Part shown: positions 29,801 through 39,352 of the stretch, one piece after another
How positions within the stretch are numbered: position 1 is the first letter of the stretch
Layout: every line of letters begins with the position of its first letter
Source of the DNA: a virus
Lineage: Duplodnaviria; Caudoviricetes
Virus record (IMG/VR): IMGVR_UViG_3300028048_000065
Coordinates: 1-64,000 of that record
Reading direction: 5' to 3' (one strand)
DNA: 64,000 bases
Notes under the pieces: model-generated
What the model was told of the DNA's origin: nothing
Seen by the model: the letters and a program-made list of their open reading frames with translations, nothing else
Database searches by the model: none
Translations under genes and position numbers: made by a program

Positions 29801-29929
29801 CTCGACTCTTTAATAAATTCACGAAGCTGTCTTACCACTTGACTAATCCTCTCAGGGAAAGGATTATGGAATCGAACCATAGTTTGCTTCTTTGGTAAGA
29901 ATATTATAAAAAATTGCTGTAAGAGTCGA
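29801..29929 (-). ncRNA. ACAGCAA-stem element E7 containing a circularly permuted tRNA mimic (YrlA-like)
   Basis: GAAGC/GCTTC stem, T arm TATGG-TTCGATT-CCATA, looped acceptor ATCCT/AGGAT, D arm GTC-AAGTGGTAA-GAC. Confidence 0.85.
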
Positions 29930-30107
29930 TGAGATAAATCATGGAGCGCTCTTTCGAGCTTGTCTTTATATTACCACAAACATTTCTGTTTGTCAAGACC
30001 TTTTTAAACTTTTTTCAGAAATTTTGATTACTTTTTATTCATGCTACGAATATAGTCAATGACAAACATAACCCACATTCCAAGAATAAAAGGAATAATA
30101 ACATTCA

Positions 30108-30361
30108 TTATAGATACTTCTCTGGAATCTTAATACAGTTGTTGTCCCACTTTTTATAAGCGTCAAGATATGCTTCGTCCTTATCACCATTTAGAGAGTG
30201 GTGGAAAGAAGAGCCTTCCAGTTCTGCAAAGTCTTACAATACCACACAATATATACATCAAAGTTGGGTACAGTATCAGACTTATCCAAATGATTAATTA
30301 CATAATTACGGACAGCGTTCTTACTAAATTCAAAAAATTTTACATCAGTCATTTTCGTCAT
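30108..30361 (-). pseudogene. frameshifted DUF6275-like gene
   Basis: VYIVWYCKTLQNWKALLSTTL* then NGDKDEAYLDAYKKW in another frame. Confidence 0.65.
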
Positions 30362-30386
30362 ATATCCTTAAATAAATATAAAACAA

Positions 30387-30470
30387 TATAGGATAGGGTA
30401 ATCGAAACCCATCTATTCTCATAGACATTCTCTGCGCTGAGAATCTTAGACCTTCTAAGTTTATCCTATA
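30387..30470 (-). ncRNA. tRNA-like cloverleaf with enlarged anticodon loop
   Basis: TATAGGATA/TATCCTATA, CTTAG/CTAAG, ATTCTCA-16nt-TGAGAAT, GGGT-TTCGATT-ACCC. Confidence 0.6.
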
Positions 30471-30471
30471 A

Positions 30472-30546
30472 TGGTGATGGGTAGCAGAATCGAACTGCTG
30501 TTAAAAGGATGAAAACCTTTTGTCTTAACCACTTGACCAACCCACC
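30472..30546 (-). tRNA. tRNA-Glu(UUC)
   Basis: AAAGG-TT-TTC-AT-CCTTT, CCA. Confidence 0.95.
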
Positions 30547-30596
30547 ATATATTCTCCATCAGTTTAACGCCGATGGAGAGAGCGTAAAATCATAAT

Positions 30597-31064
30597 TTAC
30601 TTGCTTGTTGCAGTGGTAGTTACAGTTGGAGTAGGAACATCTGCACTACTATTCATACCAGTTTGAATATAACCAGAGGTTACATACTCCGTTGTCTTAG
30701 CCTTAGTATTACCCTTTAGAGCGCCACTAATAGCATAAACAGCAGCCTCAATCTCCTTGCGTAGAGCTGTCTCGTCATAAACAATTCCCATGTCAGCGAG
30801 CTTCTTCTCAGCATAGTCCATAGCTTCCTGCAACTTCTTCTGTCCATCCCAACCCATAGTAAGCCCCATCTGTTCAGCAGCCTTTACTGCAATCTCAGCA
30901 ATAGACTTATAAATCTCAATGGTTGCAAGAGCCTTGTCAATGGTTGCAAGAGCCTTATCAATCTTATCCTGACCATACTTATTACGCAAGGTAGGGATAA
31001 CGACTGCGGTACATAGAGCAACGCAAAGACCAATAACCATAATTACAATCTGAGTAACATCCAT
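30597..31064 (-). CDS. LL-H family phage holin-like protein
   Basis: N-terminal TM; AVKAAEQ, G.KK, IEAAV; internal 21-bp duplication (DKALATI x2). Confidence 0.75.
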   Translation of the reverse strand: MDVTQIVIMVIGLCVALCTAVVIPTLRNKYGQDKIDKALATIDKALATIEIYKSIAEIAVKAAEQMGLTMGWDGQKKLQEAMDYAEKKLADMGIVYDETALRKEIEAAVYAISGALKGNTKAKTTEYVTSGYIQTGMNSSADVPTPTVTTTATSK

Positions 31065-31067
31065 ATT

Positions 31068-32171
31068 TTATAATATCTCCTTTTTTTGTTTTGGAAATTT
31101 TAATATATAAAAGCTTTCAATAAAAGCAATTATTTCTTCTTTTGTGTGTTTTTCCGTATATCGCATTATTTTATGCTGAGGTAATTCCAAATATTTTTCC
31201 CAGCCTGTTGCTGTTTTTTCTATGTTATCTATACGATATACTGGGTAATTTTTCTTTGGCTTATGTTTTTTAGGAGGTTTTATGGGTTTCTTTAAATTTA
31301 ATTTTTCAACCCATTTTTTAATTGCAGTATCACTTACACCATAAAAACGTGCAATAGAAGAATAGGATTCAAAATTGTTTAAATGTTTTTCTAATTCTTC
31401 TTTAGGTGGACATTTAGAATTATAAGAATTTTCTTCTTTGTAGCATTTTAAACATAAAGACGCATTTTGAGAAATAATACTGCCGCATTTTTTACAACGG
31501 TTTTTATTTAAAAGTAATTCTTCTGAGAAAGGATTTTTTAAAATAGATAGATTTTTACCTGCATAAGTATCAGTAAGAGCATGACAATTTGGACAAATTA
31601 CCGCTAAGTTCTATAAACTATTATTTGTTCTATTTCCATTTATGTGATGAACTTGTAAAGGGATTTTTTGCCCTTGCCATTCAGTAAGTCCACAGTATTC
31701 ACATTTTTCAAAAGACTTTAATCCAAATTTAATTAAATATCTTTTTATCCCCGTTTTAATTACACTATTCTCACAAAAAATTTCTTCTTTAGAATATTCT
31801 TTATGAACTCTTTTTAAATTTTCTTTTTTATTCTAATACAGAATTTCTATACTTAATTGTCTTTTGTTTATCTCTGTTTGCAAAAAATCATAATTATCAT
31901 CAGAAATACAAAGATTTAATTTTAAAAGAACATCTCGAAAACTTGTCGATTCATCTAATATTTGTTGTAATTGAGCGTCAGTAAGAATAGACAAACAATT
32001 ACGAGACTCATGCTAACATCTTTTTGAATTTAAAACTTCTTCTTCACTTTTATAAACCTGTTTTCCGCATTTTATGCATTCTACCCAATATTTTTTAAAT
32101 CCGTTTTTAGAACGAACTCTACTCTACCCTAAAATTTTATAAATTCCAAATACTTTATCTTTTTCTAACAT
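31068..32171 (-). CDS. HNH homing endonuclease (4 in-frame TAG read as sense)
   Basis: 367-codon frame; CEYCG, PLQVHHING, NL, CPNCH; C-terminal HTH; missing from the ORF track because of TAGs. Confidence 0.85.
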
Positions 32172-32213
32172 TTTATTTTATTTTATTTACCTTTTTTGTT
32201 TTTATAATAATAA

Positions 32214-32364
32214 TGGAGCAAGATGCCAGATTTGAACTGGCACTTGAGCTTTGGTGCCAATAATAAGTTTTGCCCTTATATTAAAACAAAAATTTTTTGT
32301 CTTAGTTTTTCATTAAACTATATTGACGGAAGAGCCCCGTGCTAACCATTAACACTAATCCTGC
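32214..32364 (-). tRNA. tRNA-Gly(UCC) interrupted by a 75-nt tRNA-like insertion
   Basis: GCAGGAT/ATCTTGC, U73, CCA; removing 32253-32327 restores GGGCT-CT-TCC-AA-AGCTC. Confidence 0.85.
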
Positions 32365-32492
32365 ATATTAGGGATAGCACCACGCATGATACTATCCCGT
32401 GGTGTCTCCGAAGAGAAGTCACGCGCTAACCGAGCAAAGCTCCACCACATCACAACGAAAGGATTGTTGTAAGCAAAAATAAAAGTATGTTT

Positions 32493-32930
32493 TTATCCTA
32501 CCGCTTCAATGCGCGGTCCATCATCTGCCGTTTTCCAAACAACAAGGACTTCATCTGTCTCCTTGTCTACGGTCAAAAGATAAACAGCATCATAAGGAAG
32601 CCAATTTGTTGAGATATAACGATAAGTTTCTCCCGTATCATATTCCATCTCTTGAAAGATGTATGCTCCATCTGTACCACGAGCTACAATTTCTGCTCCA
32701 ACATATTTTGTAGGAGACTGGATAGTTTTATCCAAGCTATTTGTTAGAGAATAACCAATAGCAACTCCACAAACAATTACTACTGACAAAAGAGCAGTAA
32801 AAAATTTCAAAACATTTTTGGTGGAACTGTATTCTTTCGCCAAATTTATAGCAAAAGGGGGGATAAAAAATACCAGTAATCCCAAAACTGAAAAAAGAGT
32901 AATTACAAAAACAACTTTATCGAAATTCAT
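32493..32930 (-). CDS. hypothetical membrane protein
   Basis: two TM helices. Confidence 0.55.
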   Translation of the reverse strand: MNFDKVVFVITLFSVLGLLVFFIPPFAINLAKEYSSTKNVLKFFTALLSVVIVCGVAIGYSLTNSLDKTIQSPTKYVGAEIVARGTDGAYIFQEMEYDTGETYRYISTNWLPYDAVYLLTVDKETDEVLVVWKTADDGPRIEAVG

Positions 32931-33003
32931 TTTTTAAGAACCTCTCTTAACTTTATGTGCTTATTATAGCACACTCTTTTTTACTTGTCAAGAGTTTTAT
33001 AAA

Positions 33004-33492
33004 TTAAAGTTGAACTTTTTTCAAAGGCTTCATTTCAGCCTCAATAAGAGATAAAGGCACAAGGAATCCTCGGCTTGTAAAAAGCTTATTCTTCACTCTT
33101 TTCTCTTTTAAAATATCCATTCGGTCTATAACAAATTGCCTAAATTTTCTCATATTAAGAATATATAAAGTCTTAGTTTTTAAGAAATAATAGAACAAAA
33201 ATTGCGCATCAGACTTCATAAGACACCGTTCAGTTTGACGCTGTTCATTGCTGATAACTTCGAAAAATAAATTCCCAGTAACATAAGTATCTGTTTTAAT
33301 TTCGACAGTATAAGATGAACCGTCAATTTTATTTACAATGAGGTCAATATCCAAACTTTGATAGAATTTATCCCCAGAAACGTCTATTACTTCTGATACA
33401 TCTTCTCTATTCTCAAGCCATTTAGTTATAGCAATTTCCCGAAGCTAACCTACGGCATTAGAAGAATTAAATTCATAAACTTTATCACTCAT
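33004..33492 (-). CDS. PD-(D/E)xK nuclease-like protein (1 in-frame TAG)
   Basis: DID...VEIKTD; frame extends through TAG 33445-33447 to ATG 33492. Confidence 0.7.
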
Positions 33493-34069
33493 CTGTTTCT
33501 CTCCATTTTGAATCCTTAGAATGTGTGCGAATAGCCGCAAAATTATAGTATTCCTCTGCACGAATAAGCGTATTAATGAAACCAGAATTTAAAAAATCTT
33601 CCATCATCAAATTAACAAATTCAAGTGTCTGAGGGTGCATTTTAATACCATTAGCTTTCTTTTTAAGCCACCACTTATATTCATTTTCAGGAGAAAAATT
33701 CTTCCCATTATAAGCTCTACCTGCTCCAAGAAAATCACAAATCAATTCAAGGGCATACTTATAGGGCATTTGAACAGGCTTACAACCGAAATCAAAATTA
33801 TCCTGCCAAAATTCATAATGATGCTTATTTCTACCTTTGTGGTGCATCCATGCCTTAGACCATCCATTAACTTCTTTGCAATAGTCAATGGGACTGCGAA
33901 AACCCTGATAATATTTTACTGACTCCCAAAACTCTACAGGAGAAAATTTGCTAAGGTCGTGAACAAGTCCTTGCCATGGAATACCAGCTTTAAAACAATA
34001 ATAGCAAACCCACCAACGATGCTTCGTTACTGTCTTTAAATGCCCAAAAAATCTTTGAAAGAAATTCAT
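33485..34069 (-). CDS. DUF5662 family (HD-like) protein
   Basis: HDLSKFSPVEF, AWMHHKGRNKHH, ELICD. Confidence 0.8.
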   Translation of the reverse strand: MNFFQRFFGHLKTVTKHRWWVCYYCFKAGIPWQGLVHDLSKFSPVEFWESVKYYQGFRSPIDYCKEVNGWSKAWMHHKGRNKHHYEFWQDNFDFGCKPVQMPYKYALELICDFLGAGRAYNGKNFSPENEYKWWLKKKANGIKMHPQTLEFVNLMMEDFLNSGFINTLIRAEEYYNFAAIRTHSKDSKWRETDE

Positions 34070-34225
34070 TCTTCTGTCTCCCCTATAATATCAGGTGTAT
34101 TCATAAGTAATCCAACAGCTTTTGCACAAGCAATTTCATAATTGTCTATGAATTGATTATCACATTGATTAACGATAAAAGAATATGCGGCGATAAGCAC
34201 TTGAGCAGCACGTTCATTAGTCATG

Positions 34226-34882
34226 TTAATTACCTCTCATAATAAGTTTTCTTTGAGCAAACTCCAATTTCATTTTAGAATGCCAATAATTATTAAGGTC
34301 ATGGTAAGATTCTTTTAAATATTCCCATTCTTCCTTGCCTGTATTTCCATGCTTTGCTACTACAATATCGTTATAATAACTATTTGCTTCCGTAAAATCC
34401 ACAATAGAACCATATTGAGCACATTGAGTTCCAAACATATAAAGTCTTAAAGAATGCCAAACAGATTTCTTTCCGCCACGCCAATCAAAATCTTTTTCAA
34501 TAGTAAGCTTTTTCTTTCCTTTAACCCAAGCAATAGAAGCTCGCTCAGAAATAGCTGCATGAGCTCCATCTGGATTAAAAGTAAAAGGATAAGATTTTGT
34601 TTTTTTAACAATGAACTTAGGGGAAAGGGAAAGACATTCTAAAGCTTCAACAGAATTTCTTTTAAGCTTTGCAAGCCAGTCTGATTCATGTTCAATATTA
34701 TATGTATGGTTTCCAAATTCATATTGGTCTGGTTCTTTAGGAAAATTGTCTGGAACAATTGCAATATAATCCCAATCGGAAAATTCTGTCGCGGTTTGAT
34801 AAACCCTTGAACCCCACTCGTAAATATTGATTGAAGAGACAATTAGCTCGTTTTCAGTCACAAAATAAAACCTACATTTCAT
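34226..34882 (-). CDS. pol-beta superfamily nucleotidyltransferase
   Basis: WGSRVY...SDWDY; KSVWHSLR. Confidence 0.8.
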   Translation of the reverse strand: MKCRFYFVTENELIVSSINIYEWGSRVYQTATEFSDWDYIAIVPDNFPKEPDQYEFGNHTYNIEHESDWLAKLKRNSVEALECLSLSPKFIVKKTKSYPFTFNPDGAHAAISERASIAWVKGKKKLTIEKDFDWRGGKKSVWHSLRLYMFGTQCAQYGSIVDFTEANSYYNDIVVAKHGNTGKEEWEYLKESYHDLNNYWHSKMKLEFAQRKLIMRGN

Positions 34883-35655
34883 TTGGATTTTGTATCCTCA
34901 TTATAGCAAAAGAGCTTGAGTTTGTCAAGCCCTTTTTACTATTATTTTCTTGGTTTTTAGGAAATCTTGCACTGAGAACTTGTATCAATAGTATAAGGAA
35001 TCCCCGTTGTAGTAGGAGTTGTAATAGGAGCTGATACCACATCTCTACGATTAAGTACAGTTCCCTCATTTCCCTCTGTCTTACAAGGCACAACATCAGC
35101 AATACCAACGCCCCGAATCGTATTAGCACCACGAGAAACATAAGGAGAAACATAAGACGCAGAAATGGTACTATAACGAGCATATCTGCAAGAAACTGAG
35201 AGTGTTGCACATTCGGGAATGTTGCTATCTCTATTTTCGCTATTTACCTTGTCATAATATAGTGTAAACTTTTCTCTATACATACAAACATTATTATGTT
35301 CACAAGTTGTACAAGGACATACATCTTTATTGTTAAAATTAAGCATATTTAAATCTCCAATCTTGTAAAATGATAAATCGTATTTTTAGTTTCTACGGTT
35401 ACAGAATTTACTTTTTCCCCATCTCCGTCAACGTTAAAAGATTGTACACGAGTTGTAGTAATAGTGTGCCAATCAGGATAGTCTTCTGTGCCATAATTCG
35501 CACAGAAAAAGAAATGTTCTCCTGTCATAATCTCATGCAAAAATACACAAAGCTTGCCATCAAGAATAGTCCTATCCCAATGAGTAGGACGCTTAGGGTC
35601 TTTTACCTCAGCTACTACAATATAATAATCTTTTACCAAATTCATTTAATTTACC

Positions 35656-36519
35656 TCATTCATAGCAAATATAGGTTGTATTACCAAGTTCAGGATGATA
35701 ATAGGAATGATAAACTTTACCCTGTGGAAAGGTTGCCTGATACAGAACATTACGAGGAGCAACAACTTCTCGCTCAAGAACTCGTCTCGCGGCTTCGTAA
35801 CATTCGTCTGGAATAGTTACAGAATAATATTCATTGGTTGAATAAGGATATTGAACAATACCGCCATTCTTTCCCTCATTAATAACATCCTCAATAGAGG
35901 GGTCAATCATCTGCTTACCAATTCCACCCTGAAGTTGACGATTTAGAACAACACAACCGACATCCATCTTTTCTTCCATCGAAATAAAGGAAGAACCAGC
36001 TTCATGCCAGATACAAAAAGCAAGCATCTCATAATCCCAATCAGTGTAAGGATAAAGATAACGTCCAGAAGCAATGGTATTCTGAATTTCTTCTTTATAA
36101 TTATCAAGTTCTCCATAAAGAGGATTTTCAGCAGCGCCAAATTCCTCAAAACTCTGCATAAAATTATCTACTCGGTCAATTTCAGCATAAAGAGCACTTT
36201 TGGTCATATAACGTAGATATTTCTTTTCTACGGAGTTTGCAGAAGAAATATATCCTGAATAGTGATGAAGAATTTCAGTATACTCTTCAATGGCATCAGA
36301 ATAATAAAGAGCGGTTTCACTTACTGTCTTATCATGCTCTGCCTGTAGAAGCTCTGGAATGGTCTGTCGTTCAGTATCCATACCAAAAACAAAACCAAAA
36401 GCCAAAGCTGTGATAATTGCGAAAATGATATGGACCTTTCCAAACTGATATTTTACCCAGTCACTTTTCGTTGCGTACATATTGTACTTGGCAATCAGCT
36501 TCTTTGTAACGTTTCTCAT
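35656..36519 (-). CDS. cell wall hydrolase (SleB/Hydrolase_2-like), membrane-anchored
   Basis: LAFCIWHEAG, VGCVVLNR, IEDVI, QY. Confidence 0.75.
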   Translation of the reverse strand: MRNVTKKLIAKYNMYATKSDWVKYQFGKVHIIFAIITALAFGFVFGMDTERQTIPELLQAEHDKTVSETALYYSDAIEEYTEILHHYSGYISSANSVEKKYLRYMTKSALYAEIDRVDNFMQSFEEFGAAENPLYGELDNYKEEIQNTIASGRYLYPYTDWDYEMLAFCIWHEAGSSFISMEEKMDVGCVVLNRQLQGGIGKQMIDPSIEDVINEGKNGGIVQYPYSTNEYYSVTIPDECYEAARRVLEREVVAPRNVLYQATFPQGKVYHSYYHPELGNTTYICYE

Positions 36520-37034
36520 TTGTTGGAGTCCTTTCTAAAATTGTTTATAGAATTGTTTTTTTGTTTTTAAATCTGAATAATACCCGTCTTTCCTGCGAAA
36601 AAGTTCTTAGTCACTTCTCTTTTAATCTTCCTTTTAGGTTCTTTCTTTACTCCGTCATTGTAAGATTTAGGAGCGTTCTGACGAATAGTAATACCAAAAG
36701 GAAGATTGTTTTTATCCAACTGCATAGGCTCTTTTACCTTTTCATTGGTCAGAGTATTAAAGAAATGTCCTCGACTAATAATAATATAATCCAAATCTCC
36801 GTATTTGTCAAGGACTTTTTCATAAACAAGACTAACTTTTTGTTCTTTTGCTTTCTTAATCACTTCTCGAAGCATTGTCTCAGAATAGCAATAGTCTACA
36901 TAATTACCTTTAATTGAATTAACAATCTGTGTAGGAATTGGAAGAAAATCAGAAGGAAGGGAGAAAAATTCTGCATTGTGAGTAATCAAATTAACAGGCA
37001 TATATTTTACCTCAAATTAAAAGATTGTTTTTAT

Positions 37035-38282
37035 TTACTTAATTTCAACAAGATAGCGAACTGTAACTTGGTCGGGACGATAGAAAATAATCTCAGGATT
37101 TCGGAGCATTCCTTTTTCGGGAGAAGCATAAACACAATGACAAGGAGGATTTTTCTTCTGTAATACATCAAAATTAAAATGATAGCATTCAGAAGTATGC
37201 TCATAAACTATATAAGGATTACCATAAGCAACTTCAAAAATTGCCATAAATCCAGTTTTAGCACTTCCTCTTGCCCAATAAGACCCAGCGGTAGAAGTAT
37301 AACCAATACTCTTTCGAGCAAGAGTGGAAAAATAGAGCCCGTCGGAAAACATCGACCCTGTATATACTGCATTGGCAGGACGAATTTTCAAACCAGTTTT
37401 AAGAATATTGAAAAAGTTTTCACTTCGAGAACCATGCCACATAAGTTTGGTATTATCAATTTTATATTCAGAGCAAAACTTTTTAAAATGTTTGTCTGTT
37501 TCATGATTGTTAACTCGCCAAACTTTAACAAAACGGTCACTGTCTCGACCAAGCATCTTTTTTACAAGAGCCACATCTTCCGCAGTAGCATCTTCCATAG
37601 TAATACCCATTTCATCAAGAACAGAAACTTCATTATTATTGGTGTTACTATCAGCATTTTTCTTTTCAATCTTTACAGGCTTATAAACCTGACCTGCCAT
37701 AGCATCAAGAGTGCTCTGCTCTCGGTCAATAATAGATTTAAAAGAATCAAGGTCATTTTTATAAATAAGGTAATCACTTACATTACTCATTTTACGAGGA
37801 ATAACCATGAAGATTTCCAAAAGCTTTTTGTTGAACTGGTTATAATCCATATTCTCGTAATTAAGAGCAAGATTATCAATTAGGCTCTGAGCTTCATCAA
37901 TCATAGCCTGAGTAACAACGGAAGATTTAACCTTGTAAGCAGACTGAACAACCTTGTTCGCAAAATCATATAGACGCTTAATAATATCTCGAACAGACTT
38001 ATTTTCAATTACTGAAAATTTATCTTTTCCCTCTGTAGGCTCTTCCTCTTTAGAATTTTCAATTACATCTGTCATAAGATGTGTCTGAGAAACATAGCCC
38101 TTCTTAAGCTTAGAATTAATCTGCGAATCCCACTTGGACATGGGATAAATTTTGGTGCTTTCATGTCCACCTACTCGACCGTACTTTACAGTAAAAGTCC
38201 CATCAGAATTTGGTTCGCAATTATAGAATTTATTATGATTGTCAGATGTAACCATAATCAAATAAACAGGCGTCTTTTCCAT
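37035..38282 (-). CDS. PARP-like ADP-ribosyltransferase with WGR domain
   Basis: NKFY and YGRVG (WGR); LMWHGSR, GLYFS, KSIGY, terminal NPEII (H-Y-E triad). Confidence 0.85.
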   Translation of the reverse strand: MEKTPVYLIMVTSDNHNKFYNCEPNSDGTFTVKYGRVGGHESTKIYPMSKWDSQINSKLKKGYVSQTHLMTDVIENSKEEEPTEGKDKFSVIENKSVRDIIKRLYDFANKVVQSAYKVKSSVVTQAMIDEAQSLIDNLALNYENMDYNQFNKKLLEIFMVIPRKMSNVSDYLIYKNDLDSFKSIIDREQSTLDAMAGQVYKPVKIEKKNADSNTNNNEVSVLDEMGITMEDATAEDVALVKKMLGRDSDRFVKVWRVNNHETDKHFKKFCSEYKIDNTKLMWHGSRSENFFNILKTGLKIRPANAVYTGSMFSDGLYFSTLARKSIGYTSTAGSYWARGSAKTGFMAIFEVAYGNPYIVYEHTSECYHFNFDVLQKKNPPCHCVYASPEKGMLRNPEIIFYRPDQVTVRYLVEIK

Positions 38283-38374
38283 AAGGAAATCTCCTTTGAT
38301 AAACTTAAATGAGGTATGATAGAATAATACCATACCTCATTCGTTTTGTCAATAGGTTTTTATGATTTTTTTGC

Positions 38375-39055
38375 TTACTGATAGCAGAAAGTGATAAAGG
38401 GACGATACTCTTCTTCATCCATCTCATCAAAATAATTGTCAAATTCGTCAAGGATAGCTTCCTTAACAACATCCCAATCAAGATGCCCATGACCACAGCC
38501 AACACGAGGCATTGCCAAATAACGAATCTTATTCTCATAACACTCTTCTGCAATAGCGCGTACACAACTACGAATCGTTTCAAGTGTAGGACGCTGATAC
38601 TTCTTATTTGTAGTAAGCATTACAAAAATATTCTCAATGCAAATAGTATCTCCTGCCTTAAGCCATCCAGTTTCAAGGTCTTCACATTCATCCTCATACT
38701 TTTCAACTGCCTTTTCAAGCTTGTCGCGAAGTCCATAAAAAGCATCAATTTGTCGTGCAGTAGTGCTACCAAAGCTTAAATCCGCAGGAATGGCAAATGC
38801 AATATGATAATAAACAGGAAGACTTAGCATATCGACCTGACGCTCTTCGTAATTATCGTACATAGGAGAATATTCTTCTTCCTCATCTTCAATATCCCAT
38901 CCGCCACCTGAAGCCTCGCCATAATAAATTTTATCGGCTTTTTCACTATCAATATATTTGTCTGTAGATGTACCAGCAGAATAAAAACCATCGCCATCAT
39001 TAGAGTTGGTTTTAATATTAGGATTATAAAAATAATTGCCACTTGCTTCTCTCAT
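38375..39055 (-). CDS. macrodomain (TARG1/DarG-like) protein
   Basis: LAMPRVGCGHGHLDW. Confidence 0.7.
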   Translation of the reverse strand: MREASGNYFYNPNIKTNSNDGDGFYSAGTSTDKYIDSEKADKIYYGEASGGGWDIEDEEEEYSPMYDNYEERQVDMLSLPVYYHIAFAIPADLSFGSTTARQIDAFYGLRDKLEKAVEKYEDECEDLETGWLKAGDTICIENIFVMLTTNKKYQRPTLETIRSCVRAIAEECYENKIRYLAMPRVGCGHGHLDWDVVKEAILDEFDNYFDEMDEEEYRPFITFCYQ

Positions 39056-39352
39056 TTTATTTTACCTCTTCTTTTTAGATTTGTTCTTTTTATTTTCTTT
39101 AGCTTCTTCTTTTAATTCTTCTTTAGATATAGCTAATTCATCTAACTTCTTAGCACAAGGATGTTTATCCCAACTACGAATTACTGAGCCATCATATTGG
39201 CAGATAAATTTCTTCTGCTTTGCTCTACGTTTTAGCCAAGGAATTTTTTCATCATATACCCAATCTACTACCTGTCCAACACTTTTTGGGAAGAATGGAC
39301 ACTGGGGAGAACATCCTAAAATAGAAAACTGACTATTTTTATCTGCCATATT

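Noticed and set aside
23446-29929. ACAGCAA elements as a CRISPR array or as DNA recombination/attC-like sites
   Set aside because: They are irregularly spaced, each unit is an inverted pair around variable cargo, no cas or integrase gene is present, and compensatory changes with tRNA-like cargo point to RNA structure.
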